Below, one piece after another: positions 11,917 through 25,342 of a stretch of DNA of 64,000 nt (positions within the stretch are counted from its first letter, which is position 1; every line of letters begins with the position of its first letter). The DNA comes from Ranitomeya imitator (Eukaryota): assembly GCF_032444005.1 (NCBI RefSeq), contig NC_091282.1, positions 303,180,001-303,244,000 of the forward strand, given 5' to 3'. Under the pieces are notes generated by a model. The model had not been told where the DNA came from, searched no databases, and saw nothing but the letters and a program-made list of their open reading frames with translations. Made by a program: the position numbers and the translations under genes.

Positions 11917-13170
11917 TAGATGGTGGTCCGATTCTAACGCGTAGGGTATTCTAGAATATGTATGTATATAGCAGCCACATAGTATATAGCACAGGCCACG
12001 TAGTATATAGGAGCCATGTTAGCAGACAAATACGACGTGGCCTGTGCTATATACTATATGGCTGCTATATAAAAACATACATACATATTGTAGAATACCT
12101 GATGCGTTAATACAGGCCACGCAATATATAACAGTGGCCACGCAGTATATAACACAGCCCACGCAGTATATAGCAGCCACGCAGTATATGACACAGGCCA
12201 CGCAGTTATAACACTGACCACATAATATATAGCACAGCACACACAGTATATAGCACTGGCCACATAGTATATAGCAGCCACGCGGTATATTACACAGCCC
12301 ACGCAGTATATAACACTGGCCACGTAATATATAGCACAGCACACACAGTATATAACACTTGCCAGGTAGTATATAGCAGCCACATGGTGTATTACACAGC
12401 CCACGCAGTATATAACACTGGCCACATAATATATAACACTGCCCATGCAGTACATAACACAGCCCACATAGCATCTAACGCTGGCCAGGTAGTATATAGC
12501 AGCCACGCGGTATATTGCACAGCCCACGTAGTATATAGCAGTGTGGGCACCATATCCCTGTTAAAAAAAATAATTAAAATAATAAATAGTTATATACTCA
12601 CCTGCCGGGATCCAATCCAGCGAGTCTCTGGCGCAGGAGATGAGCGTGCGGCTGCCGCCATCTTCCGTTCCCAGGATGCATTGCGAAATTACCCACATGA
12701 CTTAGCGGTCTCGCGAGACCGCTAAGTCTTCTGGGTAATTTCGCAATGCATCTATGGGAACAGAAGATGGCGGCAGCCGTGTGCGGCTTGGCGGAATACG
12801 GAGGGTGAGGATAGCAGGTTTTTTGTTTTTTTTTTAAATTATTTTTAACATTACATTATTTTACTATTGATGCTGCATAGGCAGCATCAATAGTAAAAAC
12901 TTGGTCACACAGGGTTAATAGCGGCGGTAACGGAGTGCATTACCCGCGGCATAACCCTGTCCGTTACCGCTAACATTAACCCTGTGTTAGCGGTGACCGG
13001 AGGGGAGTATGCGGGCGCCGGGCACTGACTGCGGGGAGTAGGGAGGGACTAATCGGACTGTGCCCGTCGCTGTTTGGTCGTGGCAGCCATGACAGGCAGC
13101 TGGCGAAACCAATCAGCGACGCGGGATTTCCATTACGGAAGTTGAGGACAGAAAGACGGAAGTACCCCTT
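11916..13170 (-). mobile_element. Non-autonomous Helitron with internal about 24-bp tandem array; 5' end lost in gap
   Basis: Same 3' hairpin plus CTAG end and related 5' region as the short copy. CACGCAGTATATAACACAGCC-like repeats at about 11975-12540. Confidence 0.7.
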
Positions 13171-13326
13171 NNNNNNNNNNNNNNNNNNNNNNNNNNNNNN
13201 NNNNNNNNNNNNNNNNNNNNNNNNNNNNNNNNNNNNNNNNNNNNNNNNNNNNNNNNNNNNNNNNNNNNNNNNNNNNNNNNNNNNNNNNNNNNNNNNNNNN
13301 NNNNNNNNNNNNNNNNNNNNNNNNNN
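13171..13326. other. Assembly gap (N run)
   Basis: 156 N. Confidence 1.
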
Positions 13327-15118
13327 CATGGCGCTTTACATGTGAGGAGGGGTATACATAATAAAAACAAGTACAATAATCTTGAACAATACAAGTCATA
13401 ACTGGTACAGGAGGAGAGAGGACCCTGCCCGCGAAGGCTCACAATCTACAAGGGAAGGGTGAGGATACAGTAGGCGAGGGTAGAGCTGGTCATGCAGCAG
13501 TTTGGTCGATTGGTGGTTACTGCAGGTTGTAGGCTTGCCGGAAGAGGTGCGTCTTCAGGTTCTTTTTGAAGGTTTCGATGGTAGGCGAGAGTCTGATGTG
13601 TTGTGGTAGAGGGTTCTAGAGTAGGGGTGATACGCGAGAGAAATCTTGTATACGATTGTGGGAAGAGGAGACAAGAGGGGAGTAGAGAAGGAGATCTTGT
13701 GAGGATCGGAGGTTGCGTGTAGGTAAGTACCGGGAGACGAGGTCGCAGATGTATGGAGGAGACAGGTTGTGGATGGCTTTGTACGTCAAGGTTAGGGTTT
13801 TGTAGTGGAGTCTGTGGGCAATGGGGAGCCAGTGAAGGGATTGACAGAGGGGAGAGGCCGGGGAATAGCGGGGGGACAGGTGGATTAGTCGGGCAGCAGA
13901 GTTTAGAATAGATTGGAGGGGTGCGAGAGTGTTAGAGGGAAGGCCACAGAGCAGGAGATTGCAGTAGTCAAGGCGAGAGATGATGAGGGCATGGACTAGG
14001 GTTTTTGCAGATTCTTGGTTGAGGAATGTACGAATTCGTGAAATATTTTTGAGTTGAAGTCGGCAGGAAGTGGAAAGGGCTTGGATATGTGGTTTGAAGG
14101 AGAGATCAGCGTTAAGTATTACCCCGAGGCAGCGAGCTTGTGGGACCGGGGAGAGTGGGCAGCCATTTACTGTAATGGATAGGTTCGTTGGGGGGGTCGC
14201 GTGATATGGGGAAAGATGATGAATTCTGTTTTGTCCATGTTAAGTTTCAGAAATCTAGCGGAGAAGAAGGATGAAATAGTGGACAGACATTGAGGGATTT
14301 TGGTTAGTAGGGAGGTGATATCTGGTCCAGAGATGTAGATCTGTGTGTCATCAGCATAGAGGTGATACTGAAAGCCATGAGATTCTGTGAGCTGTCCCAG
14401 GCCAAAGGTGTAAATGGAGAAGAGCAGGGGCCTAAGGACTGAACCTTGTGGGACTCCGACAGATAGGGGGCGAGGTGAGGAGGTGGTGTGTGAGTGGGAG
14501 ACGCTGAATGTCCGGTCTGTTAGGTATGATGAGATCCTGGATAGGGCCAAGTCTGTGATGCCAAGGGATGAAAGGGTCTGTAATAATAGGGAATGGTCCA
14601 CTGTGTCAAAGGCAGCCGACAGGTCGAGGAGGAGGAGGATAGAGTAGTGTCGCTTGCTCTTGGCAGTTAAGAGGTCATTGGTGACCTTAGTTAGGGCAGT
14701 TTCAGTGGAGTGGTGTGACCGGAAGCCAGATTGTAGGTCGTCAAAGACGGAGCAAGAAGAGAGATGGGAGGACAGTTCAAGGTAGACGTGTTGTTCCAGT
14801 TTGGAGGCATAGGGGAGAAGTGATATAGGGCGGTAGCTAGATACAGAGGATGGGTCAAGAGAGGGCTTTTTGAGGATAGGTGTTATGGAGGCATGTTTAA
14901 AGCTTGAGGGGAAAACACCAGTTGTTAGTGATAGGTTGAAGAGATGGGTTAGGGTTGGGATGAAGACTGTGGTGAGGTTTGGGATGAGGTGGGATGGGAG
15001 CGGGTCAAGTGCACTGGTGGTGAGATGCAATCTTGAGAGTAGAGTGGAGAGTTGATCTTCTATAATGGTGGAGAAGTTGGTTTTGGAGGTGGAGGGCTGG
15101 GAAGTCGGGAGGTAGGGC
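13327..15118 (-). mobile_element. 5'-truncated L2/CR1-clade LINE
   Basis: ORF 14167..15030 has [28 protein letters not shown] and YADDTQIY. The 3' tail runs into the gap. 5' end approximate. Confidence 0.88.
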
Positions 15119-15126
15119 TCTGGGGG

Positions 15127-15183
<57 letters not shown>

Positions 15184-15916
15184 TGTAGTGTTTCCCTCAC
15201 TTCGTGTCTTGGGGGACACTCTCTTGGCACGGGAATAACGCATACAGGCACAGTTTTCTTACAAAAACACAGTCTCTTAGGTTTATTTCACAACACTATA
15301 AACCACATCCTCAGGAACTTGATAACAGCATGAACACCGACTGTACATATTCAGCTTTACCACAGTACCTCACTGACCCCGGTCGGCATAACACACGGAC
15401 CTCGTCCGTTACCTGTTGGCGACCTTCACAGTTTCCTGGACACCTCTTGGTGTCAGAGGTGTCCCATATACAATGTCTCTCTCTTTCTTTCTCTCTGACC
15501 CCGGTCAGTATAACACGGATCCCTTTTTGTTACCTATTGGTGCCGCACAGGTTCTCGGATACCTCTCTTCCTCAGAGGTATCCTTCAGACGTTCTCACTG
15601 ACCCCGGTCAGTATTACCCACAGTTATCAGACCGTTCCACACACTGGCATGTGCCAGGTCCAGAGCCCCGCCATGAGCTCTTCAGGGAGACGACACTCCC
15701 AACACATGGGCTCTCCAGGACCTTCCAGCACAGACCATTCAGGTCCACACTCAGAGACCATGTGACCAGACCTCAGTCACATTATATGGTTGGAACCACT
15801 CCCCTAGATGGGAGTGTGTGTGGCTAGTTTGACCCTCCCATCTCTCAGAACTAGCCCTGCCAGCCTCCCTAGTTAAACAACACAATTTACTTGTAGGACT
15901 ACAGGTCCCAGAACAT

Positions 15917-16770
15917 AAATAAACATACACCATATAAGGTACAAAAGGTGAAATGGTGCTATCAGAACGAACTACAGTATTCATATCCGTGCACCAGCCG
16001 GACTCTCCCTATCAGATATAGCACATATGAAAAAATGGAGAACGGTCCAGAAATATCAAAAATAACAATTTTATTGAATAAATAACAACTAATCAAAAGT
16101 ACAAAATACAAAATATAAAAGACTAGGATCGGGAAAAAGGGGGCCCGAAGTCCCGACCAAAAAGATGGAAAAAATAGCCTGTGTGTCTTTCCCATGCTGG
16201 CCAAGTGCCATACATAAATAAAGGAACCCTGAGTAATAAATCCGTTTGAGTCCAATGACTATTTACATCAGATATGTAGTGCGCACTACCTCCTGACTAC
16301 ACTCCGGTTCATGTATTATCACATTTGCTTACCCATGCTTCTGCCAGGTCGGGATCAATGCCCCCTGCCGCCACCGACGCGCGTTTCGCCTTCTTTGTCA
16401 AGGTGCGCGTCGGTGGCGGCAGGGGGCATTGATCCCGACCTGGCAGAAGCATGGGTAAGCAAATGTGATAATACATGAACCGGAGTGTAGTCAGGAGGTA
16501 GTGCGCACTACATATCTGATGTAAATAGTCATTGGACTCAAACGGATTTATTACTCAGGGTTCCTTTATTTATGTATGGCACTTAGCCTGTGTGTCTTTC
16601 CCATGCTGGCCATTTTTTCCATCTTTTTGGTCGGGACTTCGGGCCCCCTTTTTCCCGATCCTAGTCTTTTATATTTTGTATTTTGTACTTTTGATTAGTT
16701 GTTATTTATTCAATAAAATTGTTATTTTTGATATTTCTGGACCGTTCTCCATTTTTTCATATGTGCTATA
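15917..16770 (-). mobile_element. Penelope-like fold-back retroinsertion with 754-bp palindrome
   Basis: 13-14 bp target-site duplication (A)GGTCCCAGAACAT at 15904-15916 and 16771-16783. Inverted arms 16017-16382 and 16405-16770. Confidence 0.75.
16372..16405 (-). ncRNA. Minimal hammerhead-ribozyme-like motif (U3-A8 variant)
   Basis: CACC-UUGACAA-A-G(AAGG)C-GAAA-C-GCGC-GUC-GGUG: stem I CACC/GGUG, core with compensatory U3-A8, 1-bp stem II, palindromic stem III, GUC cleavage triplet. Confidence 0.55.
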
Positions 16771-17455
16771 GGTCCCAGAACATCCATACTTCAGGCTGAC
16801 AGTGCAGAGTGTCTTCCTCTGTGACACACATACCGGCTATTCACAATCATGCCGGACTTTGACTCATCACCACAGTTATATCTGCGATTGTCATGCATTC
16901 CTATGGCCTCAATACGCCTCCATGCGCACTCTGGGAAGCCCAGACGGCGCCTCCTACCTGTAACAGGGGTCACTACACCACAATATATATATAAATATAT
17001 ATATATATAGTACAGACCAAAAGTTTGGACACGCCTTCTCATTTAAAGATTTTTCTGTATTTTCATGACTATGAAAATTGTAAATTCACACTGAAGGAAT
17101 CAAAACTATGAATTAACACATGTGGAATTATATACTTAACAAAAAAGTGTGAAACATCTGAAATCAGGTCAATGCCACACAGAGTTCTAGCAGTAGACAC
17201 ATCTCTACAACTGTTAAGAGGAGACTTTGTTCAGCAGGCCTTCATGGTAAAATGGCTGCTAGGAAACCACTGCTAAGGACAGGTAACAAGCAGAAGAGAC
17301 TTGTTTGGGCTAAAGAACACAAGGAATGGACATTAGACCAGTGGAAATCTGTGCTTTAGTCTGATGAGTCCAAATTTGAGATATTTGGTTCCAACCACCG
17401 TGTCTTTGTGCGACGCAGAAAAGGTGAATGGATGGACCCTACATGCCTGGTTCCC

Positions 17456-20400
17456 TGTTATGAACAGGTAATTCAGCACCACAATGGACATTGAAGTTCA
17501 GAGCACACAAAGTGACCTGACATTTACCAAAAACATAGGACGAGCTCTGAGACGTGGAAACTCTGCTGACTGCAATCCCTAATCCTATCACACCACACTA
17601 GAGGTAGCCGTGGATTGCGCCTAACGCTCCCTATGCAACTCGGCACAGCCTGAGAAACTAACTAGCCCTGAAGATAGAAAAATAAGCCTACCTTGCCTCA
17701 GAGAAATTCCCTAAAGGAAAAGGCAGCCCCCACATATAATGACTGTGAGTAAAGATGAAATACAAACACAGAGATGAAATAGATTTAGCAAAGTGAGGCC
17801 CGACTTACTGAATAGACAGAGGATAGGAAAGATAGCTTTGCGGTCAACACAAAAACCTACAAACAACCACGCAGAGGGGCAAAAAGACCCTCCGCACCGA
17901 CTAACGGTACGGAGGTGCTCCCTCTGCGTCTCAGAGCTTCCAGCAAGCAAGAAAAACCAATATAGCAAGCTGGACAGAAAAAATAGCAAACAAAAAACAA
18001 CACAAGCAAAACTTAGCTTATGCAGGATAGACAGGCCACAGGAACGATCCAGGAGGAAGCAAGACCAATACTAGAACATTGACTGGAGGCCAGGATCAAA
18101 GCACCAGATGGAGTTAAATAGAGCAGCACCTAACGACTTAACCTCATCACCTGAAGAAGGAAACTCAGAAGCCGCAGTACCAATCTCATCCACAGGAGGG
18201 AGCTTGGCCACAGAATTCACAACAGTACCCCCCCCCCCCCTTGAGGAGGGGTCACCGAACCCTCACCAGAGCCCCCAGGCCGACCAGGATGAGCCACATG
18301 AAAGGCACGAACCAGATCGGCAGCATGGACATCAGAGGCAAAGACCCAGGAATTATCTTCCTGACCATAACCTTTCCACTTAACCAGATACTGGAGTTTC
18401 CGTCTCAAAACACGAGAATCCAAAATCTTCTCCACTATATACTCCAATTCCCCTTCAACCAAAACCGGAGCAGGAGGATCAATAGATGGAACCACAGGTG
18501 CCACGTATCTCCGCAACAATGACCTATGGAACACGTTATGGATGGAAAAAGAAGCTGGAAGAGTCAAACGAAAAGACACAGGATTAAGAACCTCAGAAAT
18601 CCTATATGGACCAATGAAAAGAGGCTTAAATTTAGGAGAGGAAACCTTCATAGGAATATAACGAGATGACAACCAAACCAAATCCCCCACACGAAGTCGG
18701 GGACCCACACAGCGCCTGCGGTTAGCGAAACGTTGAGCCTTCTCCTGGGACAAAGTCAGATTGTCCACTACATGAGTCCAAATCTGCTGCAACCTATCCA
18801 CCACAGTATCCACACCAGGACAGTCCGAAGACTCAACCTGCCCTGAAGAGAAACGAGGGTGGAACCCAGAATTGCAGAAAAACGGCGAAACCAAAGTAGC
18901 CGAGCTGGCCCGATTATTAAGGGCGAACTCAGCCAAAGGCAAAAAGGACACCCAATCATCCTGATCAGCAGAAACAAAACATCTCAGATATGTTTCCAAG
19001 GTCTGATTGGTTCGTTCAGTCTGGCCATTTGTCTGAGGATGGAAAGCCGAGGAAAAAGACAAATCAATGCCCATCCTAGCACAAAAGGCTCGCCAAAACC
19101 TCGAAACAAACTGGGAACCTCTGTCAGAAACGAAGTTCTCTGGAATGCTATGTAAACGAACCACATGCTGGAAAAACAACGGCACAAAATCAGAGGAGGA
19201 AGGCAATTTAGACAAGGGCACCAAATGGACCATCTTAGAGAAGCGATCACAAACCACCCAAATGACCGACATTCTTTGAGAGACGGGGAGATCCGAAATA
19301 AAATCCATAGAGATGTGTCCAAGGCCTCTTCGGGACCGGCAAGGGCAAAAGCAACCCACTGGCATGAGAACAACAGGGCTTAGCCTGAGCACAAATCCCA
19401 CAGGACTGCACAAAAGAATGCACATCCCGCGACAGAGACGGCCACCAAAAGGATCTAGCCACCAAATCTCTGGTACCAAAGATTCCAGGATGACCAGCCA
19501 ACACCGAACAATGAACCTCAGAGATAACTCTACTCGTCCATTTATCAGGGACAAACAGTTTCTCCGCTGGGCAACGGTCAGGTCTATTAGCCTGAAATTT
19601 TTGCACCACCCGCCGCAAATCAGGGGAGATGGCAGACAAAATTACCCCCTCTTTGAGAATACCCGCCGGCTCAGGCAAACCCGGGAAATCGGGCACAAAA
19701 CTCCTAGACAGGGCATCCGCCTTCACATTTTTAGAGCCCGGAAGGTACGAAACCACAAAGTCAAAACAGGAGAAAAACAGCGACCAACGAGCCTGTCTAG
19801 GATTCAACCGTTTGGCAGACTCGAGATAAGTCAAGTTTTTGTGATCAGTCAAGACCACCACGCGATGCTTAGCTCCTTCAAGCCAATGACGCCACTCCTC
19901 GAATGCCCACTTCATGGCTAGCAACTCTCGATTGCCAACATCATAATTTCGCTCAGCAGGCGAAAATTTCCTGGAAAAGAAGGCGCATGGTTTCATCACC
20001 GAGCAATCAGAACTTCGCTGCGACAAAACAGCCCCTGCTCCAATTTCGGAAGCATCAACCTCGACCTGGAACGGAAGCGAAACATCTGGTTGGCACAACA
20101 CAGGGGCAGAAGAAAAACGATTCTTCAACTCCTGAAATGCTTCCACAGCAGCAGAAGACCAATTGACCACATCAGCACCCTTCTTGGTTAAATCAGTCAA
20201 CGGTTTAGCAATGCTAGAAAAATTAGCGACGATAAAAATTAGCAAAGCCCAGGAACTTCTGCAGACTCTTCAGAGTTGTTGGCTGAGTCCAATCATAAAT
20301 AGCCTGATCTTTAACAGGGTCCATCTCGATAGTAGAAGGAGAAAAAATAAACCCCAAAAATGAAATCTTCTGAACACCAAAGAGACACTTTGACCCCTTC

Positions 20401-23185
20401 ACAAACAAAGAATTAGCACGCAGGACCTGGAACACCATTCTGACCTGCTTCACATGAGACTCCCAATCATCCGAGAAGACCAAAATATCATCCAAGTATA
20501 CAATCAGGAATTTATCCAGGTACTCTCGGAAGATGTCATGCATAAAGGACTGAAACACTGATGGAGCATTAGAAAGTCCGAATGGCATAACCAGGTACTC
20601 AAAATGGCCTTCGGGCGTATTAAATGCTGTTTTCCATTCATCGCCCCGTTTAATACGCACAAGAATATACGCACCACGAAGATCTATCTTGGTAAACCAA
20701 CTAGCCCCCTTAATCCGAGCAAACAAATCAGACAGCAGCGGCAAGGGGTACTGAAATTTGACCGTAATTTTATTTAGAAGGCGGTAATCAATACAAGGTC
20801 TCAGTGAACCATCCTTCTTGGCCACAAAAAAGAACCCCGCTCCCAATGGTGACGATGATGGGCGAATATGACCCTTCTCCAAAGACTCCTTCACGTAACT
20901 CCGCATAGCGGCGTGCTCAGGTACAGATAAATTAAACAGTCGACCCTTAGGAAACTTACTACCAGGAATCAAATCGATAGCACAATCACAATCCCTATGC
21001 GGAGGTAGGGCATTGGACTTGGGCTCATCGAATACATCCCGGTAATCAGACAAGAACTCTGGGACCTCAGAAGGGGTGGATGATGAGATAGACAGAAATG
21101 GAACATCACCATGTACCCCCTGACAGCCCCAGCTGGACACAGACATTGATTTCCAATCTAATACTGGGTTATGGACTTGTAGCCATGGCAACCCCAACAC
21201 GACCACATCATGCAAATTATGCAACACCAGAAAGCGAATATCCTCCTGGTGCGCAGGAGCCATGCACATGGTCAGCTGGGTCCAATACTGAGGCTTATTC
21301 TTGGCCAAAGGCGTAGCATCAATTCCTCTCAATGGAATAGGACACTGCAAGGGCTCCAAGACAAACCCACAGCGCCTAGCAAACTCCAAGTCCATCAAAT
21401 TCAGGGCAGCGCCTGAATCCACAAATGCCATGACAGAATAGGAAGACAAAGAGCAGATCAAAGTAACGGACAAAAGAAAGTTCGACTGTACCGTACCAAT
21501 GGTGGCAGACCTAGCGAACCGCTTAGTGTTCTTAGGACAATCGGAGATAGCATGAGTGGAATCACCACAGTAGAAACACAGCCCATTCTGACGTCTGTGT
21601 TCCTGCCTTTCAGCTCTGGTCAAAGTCCTATCGCACTGCATAGGCTCAGGTTCATGCTCAGATAATACCGCCAAATGGTGCACAGATTTACGCTCGCGCA
21701 AGCGTCGACCGATCTGAATGGCCAAAGACATAGACTCATTCAGACCAGCAGGCATAGGAAATCCCACCATGACATCCTTAAGGGCTTCAGAGAGACCCTT
21801 TCTGAAAATAGCTGCCAGCGCACATTCATTCCATTGAGTGAGCACGGACCACTTTCTAAACTTCTGACAATAAATCTCTATCTCATCCTGACCCTGACAC
21901 AGAGCCAGCAAATTTTTCTCTGCCTGATCCACTGAATTTGGTTCGTCGTACAGCAATCCGAGCGCCAGAAAAAACGCATCAATATTACATAATGCAGGAT
22001 CTCCTGGCGCAAGGGAAAATGCCCAGTCTTGAGGGTCGCCACGTAATAAAGAAATAATTATCTTAACTTGTTGAACTGGGTCACCAGAGGAGCGGGATTT
22101 CAAAGCCAGAAATAATTTACAATTATTTTTAAAATTCAAAAACTTAGCTCTATCTCCAGAAAATAACTCAGGAATAGGAATTTTAGGTTCTAACATAGGA
22201 TTCTGAACCACTAAATCTTGAATATTCTGTACATTTATAGCGAGATTATCCATCAAAGAGAACAGACCTTGAATGTCCATGTCCACACCTGTGTTCTGAA
22301 CCACCCTGATGTAAAGGGGAAAAGAAAGACAGAACACAGTGCAAAGAAAAAAAAATGGTCTCAGAACTTCTCTTTTCCCTCTATTGAGAAGCATTAGTAC
22401 TTTGGGCCTCCAGTACTGTTATGAACAGGTAATTCAGAACCACAATGGACATTGAAGTTCAGAGCACACAAAGTGACCTGACATTTACCAAAAACATAGG
22501 ACGAGCTCTGAGACGTGGAAACTCTGCTGACTGCAATCCCTAATCCTATCACACCACACTAGAGGTAGCCGTGGATTGCGCCTAACGCTCCCTATGCAAC
22601 TCGGCACAGCCTGAGAAACTAACTAGCCCTGAAGATAGAAAAATAAGCCTACCTTGCCTCAGAGAAATTCCCCAAAGGAAAAGGCAGCCCCCCACATATA
22701 ATGACTGTGAGTAAAGATGAAATACAAACACAGAGATGAAATAGATTTAGCAAAGTGAGGCCCGACTTACTGAATAGACCGAGGATAGGAAAGATAGCTT
22801 TGCGGTCAACACAAAAACCTACAAACAACCACGCAGAGGGGCAAAAAGACCCTCCGCACCGACTAACGGTACGGAGGTGCTCCCTCTGCGTCTCAGAGCT
22901 TCCAGCAAGCAAGAAAAACCACTATATCAAGCTGGACAGAAAAAATAGCAAACAAAAAACAACACAAGCAAAACTTAGCTTATGCAGGATAGACAGGCCA
23001 CAGGAACGATCCAGGAGGAAGCAAGACCAATACTAGAACATTGACTGGAGGCCAGGATCAAAGCACCAGGTGGAGTTAAATAGAGCAGCACCTAACGACT
23101 TACCCTCACACCTGAAGAAGGAAACTCAGAAGCTGCAGTACCACTCTCATCCACAGGAGGGAGCTTGGCCACAGAATTCACAACA
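17456..23185 (-). mobile_element. Full-length chromodomain Gypsy (Tf2/sushi-like) LTR retrotransposon
   Basis: 769-bp LTRs at 17456-18224 and 22417-23185 with about a dozen differences. GTTCCC duplicated at the target (4-6 bp depending on the end call). Poly-G tract beside the 3' LTR; TGGAGGCCC primer-binding-like site beside the 5' LTR. Confidence 0.95.
18217..22394 (-). pseudogene. Gypsy gag-pol with two frameshifts
   Basis: Zinc knuckle CFYCGDSTHAISDC, protease DSGA, RT YLDD, RNase H EVDAS/TDHKNL, integrase and chromodomain (VEKILDSR...YLVKWKGY), spread over ORFs 20223..22394, 19247..20245 and 18217..19554. Confidence 0.92.
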
Positions 23186-25013
23186 GTTCCCACCGTGAAG
23201 CATGGAGGAGGAGGTGTGATGGTGTGGGGGTGCTTTGCTGGTGACACTGTTGGGGATTTATTCAAAATTGAAGACCTACTGAACCAGCATGGCTACCACA
23301 GCATCTTGCAGCGGCATGCTATTCCAACCGTTTTGCGTTTAGTTGGACCATCATTTATTTTTCAACGGGACAATGAATGGGAATGGTCTTCCAACAATCT
23401 TGAAGGAGTTCCCAGAGATGCTTATCACTTAATAGCCCTTTTGCCTTCACTCTGCGGTCCAGCTCACCCCAAACCATCTCGATTGGGTTCAGGTCTGGTG
23501 ACTGTGGAGGCCATGTTATCTGGCGTAGCCCCCCTCTCCTTCTTGGTCGAATAGCCCTTACACAGCCTGGAGGCGTGTTTGGGGTCATTGTCCTGTGGAA
23601 AAATAAATGATGGTCCAACTAAACGCAAACCAGATGGAATAGCATGAGGCTGTGGTAGCCATGCTGGTTCAGTATGCCTTCAATTTTGAATAAATCCCCA
23701 ACAGTGTCACCAGCAAAGCACCCCCACACCATCACACCTCCTCCTCCATGCTTCACGGTGGGAACCAGGCATGTAGGGTCCATCCATTCACCTTTTCTGC
23801 GTCGCACAAAGACACGGTGGTTGGAACCAAATATCTCAACTTTGGACCCATCAGACCAAAGCACAGATTTCCACTGGTCTAATGTCCATTCCTTGTGTTC
23901 TTTAGCCCAAACAAGTCTCTTCTGCTTGTTGCCTGTGCTTTGCAGTGGTTTCCTAGCAGCTATTTTACCATGAAAGCCTGTTGCACAAAGTCTCCTCTTA
24001 TCAGTTGTTGTAGAGATGTGTCTGCTGCTAGAACTCTGTGTGGCATTGACCTGGTCTCTAATCTGAGCTGCTGTTAACCTGCGATTTCTCAGGCTGGTGA
24101 CTCCGATAAACTTATCCTCAGAAGCAGAGGTGACTCTTGGTCTTCCTTTCCTGGGGCGGTCCTCATGTGAGCCAGTTTCTTTGTAGCGCTTCATGGTTTT
24201 TGCCACTGCACTTGGGGACACTTTCAAAGTTTTCCCAATTTTTCGAACTGACTGACTTTCATTTCTTAAAGTAATGATTGATGGCCACTCGTTTTTCTTT
24301 ACTTAGCTGCTTTTTCTTGCCATAATAAAAATTCTAACAGTCTATTCAGTAGGACTATCAGCTGTGTATCCACCAGACTTCTGCACAACACAACTGATGG
24401 TCCCAACCCCATTTATAAGGCAAGAAATCCCACTTATTAAACCTGACAGGGCACACCTGTGAAGTGAAAACCATTCCCGGTGACTACCTCTTGAAGCTCA
24501 TCAAGAGAATGCCAAGAGTGTGCAAAGCAGTCATCAAAGCAAAAGGTGGCTACTTTGAAGAACCTAGAATATAAGACATAATTTCAGTTGTTTCACACTT
24601 TTTTGTTAAGTATATAATTCCACATGTGTTAATTCATAGTTTTGATGCCTGCAGTGTGAATCTACAATTTCCATAGTCATGAAAATACAGAAAAATGTTT
24701 AAATGAGAAGGTGTGTCCAAACTTTTGGTCTGTACTGTACACTCCCTGACAGAAGTTATGTTGCTTATCCATGTTATGTAAATAAAAGCTTATAACCTGA
24801 TGTTAAATTCATCCATTGGTTGTATAATTTATTCTTTTGAAAGCTGAAACACTCCGAAATATGGTTTAGGTTAAGAAAATAAATTGGCATCAGTGCAGAA
24901 ATATTGATCAGTTAATGGACAAAGAATGGTCAGATTTTGGCAAGGCAAAAGTTTTGTTGCCTGGTCATATAATGCACCTAATCCTAGTTTACATCCTCAC
25001 CTGTGCTCAGTAA

Positions 25014-25342
25014 GGCTACGTTAACACTAGCGTTGTGCGCCGCTGCGTCGGCGACGCGACGCACAACGCACCGAAAAACGCGTGCAAACGCACGCAAAAA
25101 CGCTGCGTTTTTCGACGCGTGCGTCGTTTTTTGACGAAAATCGGACGCAAGAAAAACGCAACTTGTTGCGTTTTCTTGGTCCGACGCTAGCGTAAAAAAA
25201 GACGCACGTGTCGGAAAACACAACAAGCAAAAACGCATGCGTCCCCCATGTTAAACATAGGGGCGCATGACGCGTGCGTCGCCGCTGCATCGCCCGACGC
25301 TAGCGCGACGCACACTAGCCGAACGCTAGTGTGAACGTAGCC
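25014..25342. mobile_element. Harbinger-type MITE
   Basis: GGCTACGTTAACACTAGCG / CGCTAGTGTGAACGTAGCC termini, TAA and TTA flanks, AAAAACGCA repeats. Confidence 0.8.

Larger units (their letters stand above)
15184..16982 (-). mobile_element. Solo LTR (hosts the fold-back insertion)
   Basis: TG...CA ends (minus strand TGTGGTGTAGTG...CACTACA), ATAT flanks on both sides, AATAAA on the minus strand near 15280. Confidence 0.65.
17009..24737 (-). mobile_element. Rearranged Tc1 element (Tc1-A) containing the Gypsy insertion
   Basis: Terminal inverted repeats (C)AGTACAGACCAAAAGTTTGGACAC at both ends. Broken transposase ORFs 23619..24227 and 23355..23618 on minus, plus an inverted internal copy on plus. 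Confidence 0.85.

Noticed and set aside
18217-22394. Programmed frameshifting, or a domesticated PEG10/RTL1-like gene
   Set aside because: The breaks fall inside RT and integrase (one looks like a 7-bp deletion near repeated GCTAATTTT), and both LTRs are present.
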